Assembly (NCBI GenBank): GCA_000182565.2
Contig: KQ257452.1
Reading direction: 5' to 3' (one strand)
DNA length: 64,000 nucleotides
Source: Spizellomyces punctatus DAOM BR117
Taxonomy: Eukaryota
The notes beneath the pieces were generated by a model. That model searched no databases, was not told where the DNA came from, and saw nothing but the letters and a program-made list of their open reading frames with translations. A program made the translations under genes and the position numbers. This document shows positions 52,515-64,000 of this stretch, piece by piece. Positions within the stretch are counted from its first letter, which is position 1. Every line of letters begins with the position of its first letter.

Positions 52515-55285
52515 TCAACTGACCACTACAACCCGTTTACGTTTCCCTCTCTTACCCTCCCTTTCCTTTTCCTTTTCTTTTCCGACATCCAAACTCTCCA
52601 CCTCCTCAATTCCAAACCCACTGATCTCACTCCCAAGAACCCCTCTCAAAACCTTTAATCCGGCAACATTAAACCCAATGACATTTTTCTGGCTTTGCAG
52701 AGAGGTTTTGAGTGTTTTTCGGGTTTTTAGGAGGAGGGGTGTTAGAGGGGTTGTGGATGTTAGTTGGTGGTGGTGGGTTTTTAGGAGGGTTGTTAGGATT
52801 CGGGTTGTTTGGTGGAGGTTCCAAGACTGAAATCCAAGAAAAATAAAAGTGAGTGACGAGTTGAGAGAGAAAAGATGGACAAGGACGTACGTTTTCGATC
52901 CACGTATCCAAAACCTTTAAGAAAACCAACACGTGTGAGAAACTCAATACAATGAGGATGGTATCGAGGTCGGTTGGACGAATGGTTTTTAGGGTTGTGT
53001 AAACAGTGTACGCTGCAGATTTTATTGTTTCCTTTGTGGGTTTGTTGCGTGTTGATTCCGCGAATGTATCGAGGGCTGCGATGAGTCTGTCTGTGGATTG
53101 AAGGGTAACGGGTGTTTGTTTGGTGGGGAGACTAGTGTCATTGTCGATCACAGTTTGGGAGTCATTGTGGTCAACACCGGATCCAATGGGTGCATCTTGG
53201 GGTGCATCAAAAAGAGTTTGATCGTATAATTCCTCCAATTCTTTTTCGCGTTCTTCGTCGAGTGTGAATTGGTCGTCGGTTTTTTCCCAAATGCGTATAG
53301 AGCGGTCATGGGAGCCTGTAAAAACTTGGTTACCGTATTTGGAGACAGCAAGAGCCCACACCTCGCCTGCGTGGCCATCGAGTTTGAGAATTTGTTCAAA
53401 TTTGTCGGCGTCCCAGTATTTAAGGGTCTTGTCTTTGGAGGTGGAGAAAAAGTAGTGGGTGCCCCATACGAAACGGATTGACATGACAGCGTCCTGGTGG
53501 GCAAAAAGGGATTTATGACAGTCGCCGAAATCAAGGCCCCAAATTTTAATGGTCTTGTCAGAGGATGCCGTGATGATGAGGAAATTGTCAGAGGAAATGT
53601 CCATGGACATGACTGGGAGTTTGTGGCCGTAGAGGGAGAGAAAGAATTTGAGGGTATCGGCGTAGAGGACTTTGACGGTAGAGTCGAGGAGGGCAATAGC
53701 CAAGAGCTTGCCGTCGGGAGAGTATCGGATGCAGAGGACATTGTCTGACATGCGTAACGTCCGAGTATGAACAAGAGCGGCTCGACGTACGCCGTCTTGA
53801 ACTACCATGCCACATTCCCAAAATTTGATCTCCTTGTCTTGGGATCCCGTCGTGACGCCCTTGCGATCTGGCCAGACCTGTAACGACCAAACCGGTCCCT
53901 CGTGGGCTTCGATCGTCTCGAGTAACCCTCGCGCAAGGTCAAACAAGTGGAGTTGGCCGGATTTGGTACCCACAACCACCAAATTGGGTCCAATAAACTC
54001 GCAGCAGAGGGCATAGCCTGACTCCAGGGTTTTAACACATTGACCCGAATGAACATTCCAGATTTTGATGGATTCTGATGAACCGCTGGCGAGCATTTGG
54101 TTGTCGGGACTGAGTGCTAAGCAGCGGACGTCGGTGCGGTGGCCTGGCATGTCGATCCCCGTAATGAGACGGGTGGGTTGCTCCTTGTTGGAGGGTTCAA
54201 GGACGTGAACTTGAATACTATTGTTGGCGAGAGCGCAGAGAAGTGTGAGCGTGTCTTGTTGGTCTTGAGATTTGAGCGAGAAATCAAAGGATCGGATCTT
54301 TGCTGAGCAGCGAACGTTTCCGATACAGGGGATTTCATCCGCAACCGTCAAGACAGGTTCCGATTCCTCTTGCTCGCCCTTGTTTTTCTTTTCCTTGCGC
54401 TTTTTCAACCTTGCCAGCTTTTTCTTGATTTCATCTAGTGTCCTGATGCGATAGACTTGCACTAATCGATCGGCTCCCTGTGCGGCAATGTACCGCCCAT
54501 TGGGGTGCACCTTGAGGGTCACTACGCGTTCCTTGCTCTGTCGCTCGAGCACGCCTCGACTGGTTACGGCCCGCTTTGCCGCATCTGGTTCTGTACTCTC
54601 GTCCCAACCGCCCGCCACGACTCCCGGCTCCAGCTTTTGTGAGAGGGCGTCAGGATCAATCGTCCAGACGCGGACCTCCCCATCCGCAGCTCCAGTGAGC
54701 AACATGCGTTCATCCTGTCCCACATCCAAAGCCCACACCTCTCCTCGATGTCCAATAACGGTCTCTACACAATGCTTTGTGCCGATATCCCAAAATTTAA
54801 TCAACGAGTCCTTGGAACAGGATACGATATGATCCAACCCATTCCGTGTCAAAAACGAGAGTCCCGTGATTTGATCCTTGTGTCCTCTGAACCTGGCGAG
54901 CCCGCACTCTGCCACCACGTCCCAAACGATCAGATCCGTGTCTGCAGATCCCGATGCCAACCTCGCACCCAACGGATCAAACCCCAACGCCGTGACAGCG
55001 CCTCGATGGCCATTGAACAAGATCTTGACATGGTCCCCATCCCAAATGCGTATACTCCCGTCGGCGTACCCAGCCGCTACAAACCCCTCTGGACTGGCGC
55101 ATAAACAAGTGACTTGAGACTTGCAGTCTGGGTCGTTCCATGACGAGACGGGGACACCTGTTTTGATGTCCCATGTGTGATGATTCGAGGGTGCGGTGAT
55201 GCGTGCTGCTGATGCGAGCAGAAGAATATTTGCGTGACTCGTGATAAGACCAAGTTTGTGTGGCGTAGCGTAGGTAGAGTGACAT
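52515..55285 (-). CDS. DIP2: U3 snoRNP WD40 protein Dip2/Utp12 (WDR3); apparent indels in the 5' end
   Basis: MSLYLRY start, WD40 repeats, LKFFLSLYGHKLPV, WGLDFGDCHKSLFAH, and a spliced C-terminal Utp12 domain (QKNVIGFNVAGLK). Confidence 0.93.
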
Positions 55286-56114
55286 GAGAGCGTCAAGGTG
55301 GAGACGTGTGTATCTGGGTGTCAATGGATCTATGTATATGCGTATGTGTGTGTGATGTGTGCGTTGGTGCTTGTCCAGTAACAAACTGTCTTCAAAAAAA
55401 AACGAAAAACACCAAACCAAATTGCCCAAAATGCTCAGAAACCCAAAGCAGCTGCAAAACAAGAACAAGGCAATGTGTGCAAAAAATAAGCATAAGATGC
55501 CGGTTCATCCACATTTATTGTAGAAAGTGGGATGGAACCTGTAACCAGACGTGGTTTTAATTTTCTTTGTCTTTTCACGCAATACATTCCAAACAGTTTG
55601 GATGAGAAATGCGCCCTTGCGGACTGGAATGACTTGCTCGGAATTTGCATGACTCTGTGTGAGTGGATGGATGGGATGTGTGAATGGATGTGAGATGATA
55701 CTTGTTTGGAAAGTGTTTGCGATACTAGGAGTGTGTGACTCTGCATATGCCCATGTGTAGTGTGCATGTGTGGATGTGTATCCATATTTATATATGCATA
55801 TGCCCATGTGTATTATGCATGTAATGAAAATCTATAAATGGGATGTGGTGGAGAGAATGGGCGTATGTTGTCTACAATCTGCTAGTAATAAAAATAGGAA
55901 TATCCCATTGACTACTCTCGCCAAATTCCATTCAAACTTTGAAGTGTGAAATATCTCACATCTGTCATCTCCAATATCGTATGATTATTCCCTTCCCATA
56001 GGAGAGAGCATTCTTCCCATTTCACACTCACTCCCTCCCTACACATACTCTATTCTCGTCAATCTCCCTGTCATTCTCCATGCAATTCCCATCTCTTACA
56101 CTTTCTAACGCCCC

Positions 56115-56138
56115 TTATTATTATTATTATTATTATTG
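56115..56138. repeat. (TTA)n microsatellite
   Basis: ttattattattattattattatt. Confidence 0.9.
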
Positions 56139-56331
56139 ATGAGATCACATGCCATTATCCACATTCCAATGCATATTTACTATATTCATATTACTACTTT
56201 TATTTTCTTTTTCTGCATCATTTTTATCACATTATCTCATTTGTTGCTTAGTATTTCTTTTTCTTTTCGTTATTTTTGGGAGGGGTGTTCATTACGGTTC
56301 TTGCATTTTACCTTCATTTCACCACTAGCTA

Positions 56332-58202
56332 ATGACAAGCATGACGATTCTTCCTGCTACTCCTGCTACTCCTACTCCTACTACTACTGCTACTAGTACT
56401 ACTAGTGCTAGTACTCCTCTCATTAGCCTTACAGCTACTCATGCAAAAGAGGGACAAGCACAACAACAACAACAGGACGACGACGAGGACAAGAAAGAGG
56501 ACAGAGAGGATGTAGAGAGTAACGCGTATGTCTTTTTTCAACTCGCAACTACATGTCGCATATATATAAGACTCACAACTATTCTAGGTCAACGGAATCG
56601 ACTTGCAGTACGTGCACGTCGAGTAGTGGCTCAACGTCTCGCTCGCGCTCTCGGTCTCGCTCTCGTTCACCTGCCCAGTCAGTCTCCTCCACTTCCTCTT
56701 CCTCTCTCCACGACGACACCATTCCAGACCATGCCACCCTCCAAGCTATTGCAGACCTGAAGCGGCCCCGTGGAAGGCCGCGCAGGGCAAAAAATCATCC
56801 CGTCGCTGCATTATTAAAAGACTCGCCTCCTCCAGGTCAACCACAAACGGAAGCAAACGAAAACTCGCGCAAGGGCCTCGCTCAAAATTTGCGTACAACT
56901 CACTCTGTTCTCGTCGAACACGGCCTCGTCAACAAGGATGGAAACCCCTTTCCCGTCTCGGCCTCTTCCTTGTCCCAGTACATTGGCCTCCAAGCAGAAC
57001 GCATGCGCAGAGGTGAAATTCAATTCTCGTCCTTGAATTGGTACTTGCACTCGATGCGCAAGCTGCACAATGAAAATGGCTGGGAATGGGACAGCGTCCG
57101 AAAGCATCCCACTGTCGTTGAGGCCTGGAATGCCGCAAAGGCGCTCACGACTGAAGCCGCTGCCGTTCGCGCCAGACAGCGTGCCGCAAAAGAACTCTTG
57201 GCAAAGGAACATGCCGAAAAGGAGGGAAGGCAGCGCCATGCCGTCCCAAGTGCAAAGGCCTCGCGCATTGCTCGTGTCAAAGAGTATGACGAAGGCTCGC
57301 GAGGGATTTTGACAGATGATGAAGAAGCGGCCGCAGCGAGTTTGGCCTCGTTGGCGGGCGGCATGCAGCAGCAGCAGCAGCAACAGCAACAACAACCATC
57401 ACAGAATCGTGGCTCGCGGCGTACCTCGCTGCAGCGATTGGACTTTTCGGGCAACCAACCCAGCATGGTCGTGTCCTCTCGCGCGTTGGAAGAAGAAAAG
57501 AAACCCGTTGCGGATTCCTCCATGGAGGCAACCCATTGGCATAATAATGTCCCTTTGCCCGCCTCGGCATCCACACCTAGCGGTGAATCCGGCCAACCCC
57601 TTCCCAGCCCCATTTCGTCCCCGACCTCTTCTTCTGCCGACCGCAAACACACTGACGCCAATGGCATGCCCATATACAAGGACTCTAAATGGTCTACCGA
57701 TCACAAGACTGGTGCTGCTGCTACTCCTGGTAATGGCGGCGGCAGCGGTGGTATGTCTGACCAAGAATTATTAGACATTATGGCCCAAGCCCGTCGTGAA
57801 ATTGAGCGCTTTCGCCGCTTTCCTTCTGAATACGCCTTTGTCCAGCGTTCTATGGATACGCCGCGCCGTTTACCCGATCCATGGATGTCCTACCCCCATC
57901 CCCACGATCCCCATCACCACCCTCACCATCACCCCCAACAACCATCGCAAGCGCTAGCACCATCCCCGTCCCAAGCCCAACATCAGCATGCCCAACAACC
58001 ACAACAACAACACGTGAGCGCATACTATTCCCCGTTTGCCATGACACCCTCGCCCTACCCCACCATGCCCCTTCCTCTGAAACGCAAGCGCGCGACAAAG
58101 CCAAAGAAACCAGCGCGGAGAAGGACAAAGCGGGAGGATGAGGAGGAGGGTGGGTATTATTATGAAAAATATCCGGCGTATGAGTATGGGTATGCTACGT
58201 GA
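56332..58202 (+). CDS. Low-complexity nuclear protein with an AT-hook and a tyrosine-recombinase N-terminal (SAM-like/core-binding)-like domain, 2 exons
   Basis: An intron at ~56526-56587 joins the frames. AT-hook KRPRGRPRR; PFPVSASSLSQYIG..GEIQFSSLNWYLHSMRKLH..GWEW..VRKHPTV; polyQ and His/Pro tracts; basic NLS-like tail. Confidence 0.75.
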
Positions 58203-58674
58203 AAACCTTTTTTTTTGGTGTGCAGCGGTTGGGTGGGATGATGTGATGCATTTGAGGTTTGTTTTGTTTTGGTTAGCATGAATGTTTTTTTTGCATATTA
58301 GCATGTTGTTTTTCTTTTTTTTTCTGTATGTGTGTGTGTTGTTATTGAGTTGCGTATGTTGCGTGTGTGTGTGTGTCTGTTCTTTTTCATTCCTTGTTAT
58401 TTTGTATATTGTATATTTTGAAAAGGAGTATCAAGCATATGTGTGAAGTTGTCGATATTGTATGCATCTGCTAAATGAAGCAATGCTTCAAAAGTGTGAT
58501 ATTTTCCCCAGTTGCTTACCACGTGATTTATATCACGGGCTGCGTGGGAAAAAAGGGCCGCAAGGAAGATATGGCAAAAATTAAATTTTGAGTTTCAACA
58601 CTCTTTGACGGAGGGTTTTTCCCACCTACACACACCCAATTACCCATCCTTCTCCATCCTTCCTCCTTTCCCCA

Positions 58675-60198
58675 ATGTTCCCCCATATCCTTCTTTTACT
58701 CCTCCTCCCAACCGCACACACACTCACCTGCACACACCTCACATCTCTCACAGCATCCCTCTCATTCACTTCAACGGCTCCTGTAGGGTGTTGTGGGATA
58801 GTAGGTGTAGAGTGCAATACAAATAGAGTCACAAGCATGTAAGTTGCAGTTTTTTTGTATTGGTTTATAAACGTGATTTTAATGTGTGTTTGTTGTTTTC
58901 GTAGTAGGTGGGATCGAGAGATTGTGCATGTTCGAGGGGAGTTTAATGGGGTTTTGGATGGTTTGGTGAGATTGTATGTATTCTGCTTGTTGTGTGTGTG
59001 TGGAGTTTTTGGAAAAGAGGTTGACTGTTTTATTGATCACCAGATCGGTGAAGGGCCAGAGTGGGCTTTTTGGAACGGTTTCTGTCATGCGGGACGTGAT
59101 GGATTCTCATTCGAGTCGGTACGTGCGGGATGTTAACTATGACGTGGATGTCGATGTGGATGTCGATGTGAGGGGGTCGGGCGTGCTGGTCAAGCGAATG
59201 GGTATGTATTTGGAGTGATTTGATAATGTCAATATCGGGTGTAATGATTTCTCGTTCCGTGTGTAGGGCGTACACTAACGAGTCGAACGGCCCAAGTAGA
59301 AGAGCAAGTTGAAGAGATGCCAGTCCACAGCATCAGGACTCGTCTCACTCAACGCGACTTGCCGCAAATCGGCGGCCCGGATAACCGTATCCTCCCCGAC
59401 CCCATCCAACTCGACACGGCCGATAATGCCATCTGGTACGCCCTAGCCGCCATAGTCGGCTCAACTCTCCTCTTCATCACCTGCCTCCTTATTTGCAAAT
59501 GCGGCCAAAAAACCTCTTTTCCAACCACAAATCCTTCGCTGTCCCGCCGCCGCTCCTCGATCGGCCACGTCTCCCTCCCCCGCACACTTGCCCGTCCCCT
59601 CCCCCGCTCTAGCTCCCTCGCCAAAGACGACCCCAGCGCTGTCGAAACAGCTCAAGAATTCATTGCAGCCAACCACAACAAAAAGGAATTCCCGGTAGCA
59701 AAAGTCCATGTCAAAACCGCACCTGATGAAATGAATTTGGTACCTGGCGACCGAATCGTCTTGATGAGAGTATTTACGGATGGGTGGGCGGAAGGCGTGA
59801 GTAAACGTGCTGGAGGGCCGTTTTGTTTTCCGGTTGTTTGTCTTGGCGGGAGTGTTCCGAGGGTTTTGGTGAGTCGGTATGGGGCTGCCCAAGAGTCTAT
59901 TTCTCAACGAATGCAGACAGAACGAGTGCAACCGAATTTACCACCTGTGCCACCCATGTATGCACGGCCGGGACCGAGTGGAGGGAATCCGGGGGCACCA
60001 AATATGGGACCTAGTATGGGACCGAGTTTCATGGCACCACCCAAGCCTTCCTTAAAATATGTCCAAGGACGCGGCTTTCGTCCCCAAATCGTCCCACCTG
60101 CCCCTCCCTCGTCTCCATCTCTTCCTACCCTCCCACAACAACAGCAAGGCTATCTGGGACAGAATAGAAATGTACAGAGTATTTACACGGATTTGTAA
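58675..60198 (+). CDS. Single-pass receptor-like protein: signal peptide, LRR N-cap-like Cys motif, TM helix, cytoplasmic SH3 domain, Pro-rich tail; multi-exon
   Basis: Signal peptide MFPHILLLLLLPTAHT; CCGIVGVECNTNRVTS; TM IWYALAAIVGSTLLFITCLLIC; SH3 HVKTAPDEMNLVPGDRI..VFTDGWAEG..FPVVCL. Confidence 0.75.
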
Positions 60199-61017
60199 GG
60201 TTGTAGTATCTTTCTATGGTTTTTTTTCTAGTTGTTGTTTTGTAGAACTTTTAGACTAGGAGTTTAGATTTTGCCATTTCTTTGGTTTTTTTTTGATTCT
60301 TTTGTTGAAGGATGGAAGGTTTTTTTTTTAGAGTTTGTGGGTTGGGAGACTTTTTTCTGATACACTGTGAGATAGAACAATACCATATCATGCATTTTCT
60401 ACCAAGCCTTATATTTGGCGTATCGAGTATCGGTATGAGAATTACGTGAGTGAGACTTTTGTTTTTTGCTTGTGTACAATGACTGGGGAAGTGGAATGCT
60501 TGCTCAACAGGAACAAGTTTTGAATTTATGGTTTTTTGTTGTCGGGGTCCGTTGTTTTTCACGTGTATTTTATGAAGGAGATGCAACCTTTAACAAGTTT
60601 TGTGTGCAAGCAGACATTTTGGCTTTGACATACATGATGGTTTTCTTGACTTGAGAAAACTAACAATGGTATCTCAATCCCCCATGTTCTTTCCGGTCGA
60701 CTCTAGTGTGTTGCGGGAAAACCGAGACTCAAAAGCATAACGGCAACTGCTCGTGGTCCAATGATAAATCGCTTTAAACAAGGCATTTTTGGTTGGTGTA
60801 TTTTTAAAAAGCCGTTTTTTAAATAACTGAAAATGTCTGATATCGTATAGACAGATTAGGTACTTGTTTATTTTGCGTTAAAACATTCTGTTTATTTGCG
60901 TTAAAACATTCCAGATGCTTGCCAGCATATACGCAAATCCAAAAATCCAACAAAAAAAAAAAAACAAAAAAGAGATCTCAACACTAAAAAACCGATCACG
61001 AAAACCTCCAACCCAAA

Positions 61018-61898
61018 TCACAAAACCTTTAAAACCTTTTCAAAACTCTCAACAGGCGAGACGCCCACACAAACCTGTCGAACCCGTCCCCCCTTCTCAA
61101 CAACAACATGAGATCGCACGATTTTCTTGGACGGTTTAGAACATCCTAATCATACCGTTAGTAACATGTATATAATTATGATGGATATACGTACCTAAAT
61201 GGGATATAAAGGCTAATGAAGGGTCTGAAAGGAGTTGGTAGGGTAATTCCAACTAATGAAAAAGTGAGTGAATGTTGTTATAAAAAAGAAGAATGGGGAA
61301 TTTCATACTTTTGTCTTCCATTTTTGGAGAGCGGATACAGAGTCTCCGCTTATCCCAAAGACTTTGTATCCTTTTTCCTTGATCTACCGCAAAAACACTA
61401 TCATCAACCCACACATTCACGACCCCGAAAAAAACTAAAACGATTCACGACTTACCTCTTGATAGTGATCACGAAACCCAGTAGCTTGCTTCGTACATCC
61501 TACTCCCAAATTCCTCATTACCAAAAAGCTCTAGATACCATACACTTGCAACGCTGAACAACCATACCAGGCGTATTCGCACGAGGATACACAAAAAACA
61601 CTACTCCCGTGGACGCAATTTCAGACCCGATATCCACCTACTAGTATATCAACATCCATGCTTAAACGCAGTATGCAAATATTCTTACCTCTGTACCCGA
61701 TTCATCTAAAAGGACTGACGAAAAAGGTTTGAATGGAGTATCGACGGTTTGGCCTACGAGTGCCGCGGATATCGGGGCGGATATCGCGGGGGTTGATTCT
61801 GGTTTGGACGCGATGAGTGCTGGTGGTGGTGCTTTGACGGGTTTGGTGGGGGGGTACGGTGTCGTACGGGAGGCAATACGAGCGCTACGGCGATTCAT
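61018..61898 (-). CDS. Peroxiredoxin Q/BCP (Dot5-like), multi-exon
   Basis: Spliced VVFFVYPRANTPG|CTKQATGFRD, YKVFGISGDS, LPYQLLSDP and IVRSHVVVEKGG..GVSP; basic N-terminus. Confidence 0.9.
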
Positions 61899-62098
61899 TT
61901 CTTGTTTGTTTGCTGTGTGTGGTGGAGTGCGAGATCGGGTAGTCCTGGTTATCGGGGCGTTTGGAACGTGGGTGATCGTGCTTACGAATCATGACTCATA
62001 CCCATGTGTGAAGGGCCGGGGAGGGGGGGAACGCAGAGTACCCGCGCTACAACTCCCCGCTCATTTTTCTGCGATACACACACATTAAAACCCCGACG

Positions 62099-64000
62099 AT
62101 GCACACCCCGACAGCACTCTTACTCCTTCTCATCGCTTTGGTGACCCTCCCGACCGTCTCTGCGTTCGGTGCAGGCAATATTCCGTCCATTGCGTTTGTG
62201 GAGGGCAAGGCGTTTCGACATGGTGATATTGAAGATGTGATTGCGTCGCTGGTGTTATCGCAGGGTGCTATTTCGCTTTTGAGTAAAAAGTTTGGGGGGT
62301 TGGATGTGAAGAGGGTTTATTTCGGTAATTACACAAAAACACAAAACAATTATTGTGCATTCTTACAAGAACGAAACTCTTACTTTTTTCTTTTCGTTAG
62401 GGAATTGGTTACGAGATTACTCTCAAGCCATTGACGTCGGCACACTCTCAAAAGGCCTCAACAAAACCACCTTGGTGACCCTCGTTTCCATCCTCGGGTT
62501 TCTAGCCTTTGGATACGCCACCGCCGAATTCGAAGTCACCGAAGATCGGTTAGGATGTTACCGTGCCGAAGAACACATTGATAACCCAAAAGGATACGCT
62601 GATGGTCAAGATGCACGGAAATACGACCCAGGACTTCGTGGACCGGTTGACCCGCGTGAACTGGAGATTGACCCACGAACAGGGTTAAAAAACTATATCG
62701 CAAATGAAGGGGGTGGGTGGCCTACTTCCTCTGCTTTTGTCCGTGCGACACTCGAACGTGCGATTCAAGCTTACCGCTCTGGAAACGAGTATGAGGGGTT
62801 TAGACTCTTGGGTACCGCGTTGCATACTTTGGAAGATTACCCAGCTCATAGTAACTTTGTTGAGCTTGCCTTGATTGAACTTGGGTATGATTCTGTGTTT
62901 CCGTTTGTTGGTGAAGCTACTGCGTTTCGGCAGGGAGTGGATTCACGTACGGGGAGGAATCGTCCTATTTATCCCATTGTGACTGGAACGTTTGGTGGAG
63001 CCGATTTTGTTCATTCCTTGTTGGGCGAAGCCACGGATCACGTCTCCGCTGCTTCGATTTCCTCGCTCAACAGCGAAATGGAGGCTGCTAAACGGTCTTT
63101 TGATGACAACTCCCTTCCGGATCTGTTATCCAAGGTCCCGGGTATGGAAGACGTGACGCGTCAGGTCCGTGACGTTGAACGCGCGCCCGTGAGCACCGAC
63201 CCCGCAGAAATGAAGGCAAGCGTATGGAAGATTTTGGAGTTGCGTGATCGGATCGTCAAGGGCGTTGAAATGACGATTGAAAAAATTCCTGGTTTGAGCT
63301 GGCTTTCGGAAAAGATTTCCGAGACGGTTCAAGTGTTTGTTTTGACGCAGCTTGAGGTCCGTTTTTTATTTTATTTTTATTTTTTTATGTGTATGGCCAG
63401 TGTTTTCTTTTTTTAATTTTTCGTTTTTTTTTTATAATAGCCGTATATGAAACCCATCATGCAGCAAGTCGTTGGTAAACTCCAAAACACGTCCGCAGAA
63501 ATCGTCAACGCAGATTCCCAGCGAGAAATCTTTACCAACCCCCATTGCTCGGATCCAACCCATTCGCTCTTATCCAAGGATCATTTTGATTTATTCTTGA
63601 ATGAGGTGCAGATTGTTGCATATGTTTGCAAAAAATGGAATTTTGAATGTTTATTGACTTTTCTATTAGCCTGCAGGACTCGTCGCCAAAGTCATTGTTG
63701 AACACATTGTCAAAGCTGTCGTCAAGGCCTGGTCAACCTCTGACGCCTCTGCCACGTCCGAAGCCATCAACCTCGCCATGCAAGTCTTTGTTCACCCTGC
63801 TAATTTAGGGTTCGCCAAAACCCCGTTGCAAACTCAAATGTTGGACGTGGTTCGCAAATGGGCTGATGAGAATCGAAGCATTTTGGGACAATTGGATAAA
63901 GCTAGTGTTATGGCTGGACGGAATAGGAGGCATCCTGAGACGGCTGGGCGAGGTTGTGGTGGTGGGTATATTCCACCCCCTCAGCCACAAGCGCAGGCGA
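62099..64000 (+). CDS. Heterokaryon incompatibility protein Het-C family; runs off the window
   Basis: Signal peptide, then AFGAGNIPS..GKAFRHGDIED, KRVYFG|NWLRDYSQAIDVG, EEHIDNPKGY, LHTLEDYPAHSN and DPTHSLLSKDHF. Confidence 0.95.

Noticed and set aside
52669-52830. Pro/Asn-rich C-terminus of the 875-aa ORF
   Set aside because: Artefact of reading through an intron; the spliced frame gives a normal Utp12 domain.
55435-55807. Overlapping ORFs and splice-like signals between DIP2 and the AT-hook gene
   Set aside because: Mostly microsatellite-derived; I could not build a consistent gene model on either strand.
60865-60911. ~23-bp tandem duplication
   Set aside because: Only two copies in a 3' spacer; ordinary slippage, not an array.

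Overview
Intron-rich eukaryotic DNA, most likely from a zoosporic (chytrid-type) fungus. It carries fungal genes (velvet, Het-C, a DUF5923/DUF4449-like gene) next to a probable flagellar microtubule inner protein and DHX34/DIS3L2 homologues. About 20 spliced genes can be read: RsmH/METTL15, RPL3, POL2, a GBP-like GTPase, a SWIRM protein, DHX34, velvet, DIS3L2, a GH31 glucosidase, SAH hydrolase (cut by a 100-N gap), DIP2/UTP12, PrxQ, Het-C and several orphans. Three things stand out. (1) A gene at 1237-3860 (-) appears to fuse repeated C4 zinc ribbons, an intact DEDDh 3'-5' exonuclease and a bromodomain. (2) An AT-hook protein at 56332-58202 carries what looks like a domesticated tyrosine-recombinase core-binding domain. 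(3) A candidate box H/ACA RNA at 52150-52345 has a guide pocket complementary to 18S helix 34 and a hairpin loop made of telomeric UUAGGG repeats. Frameshifts in SAH1 and DIP2 near the gap are probably assembly errors. All calls come from reading motifs by eye; no database searches were run, and exon boundaries are approximate.
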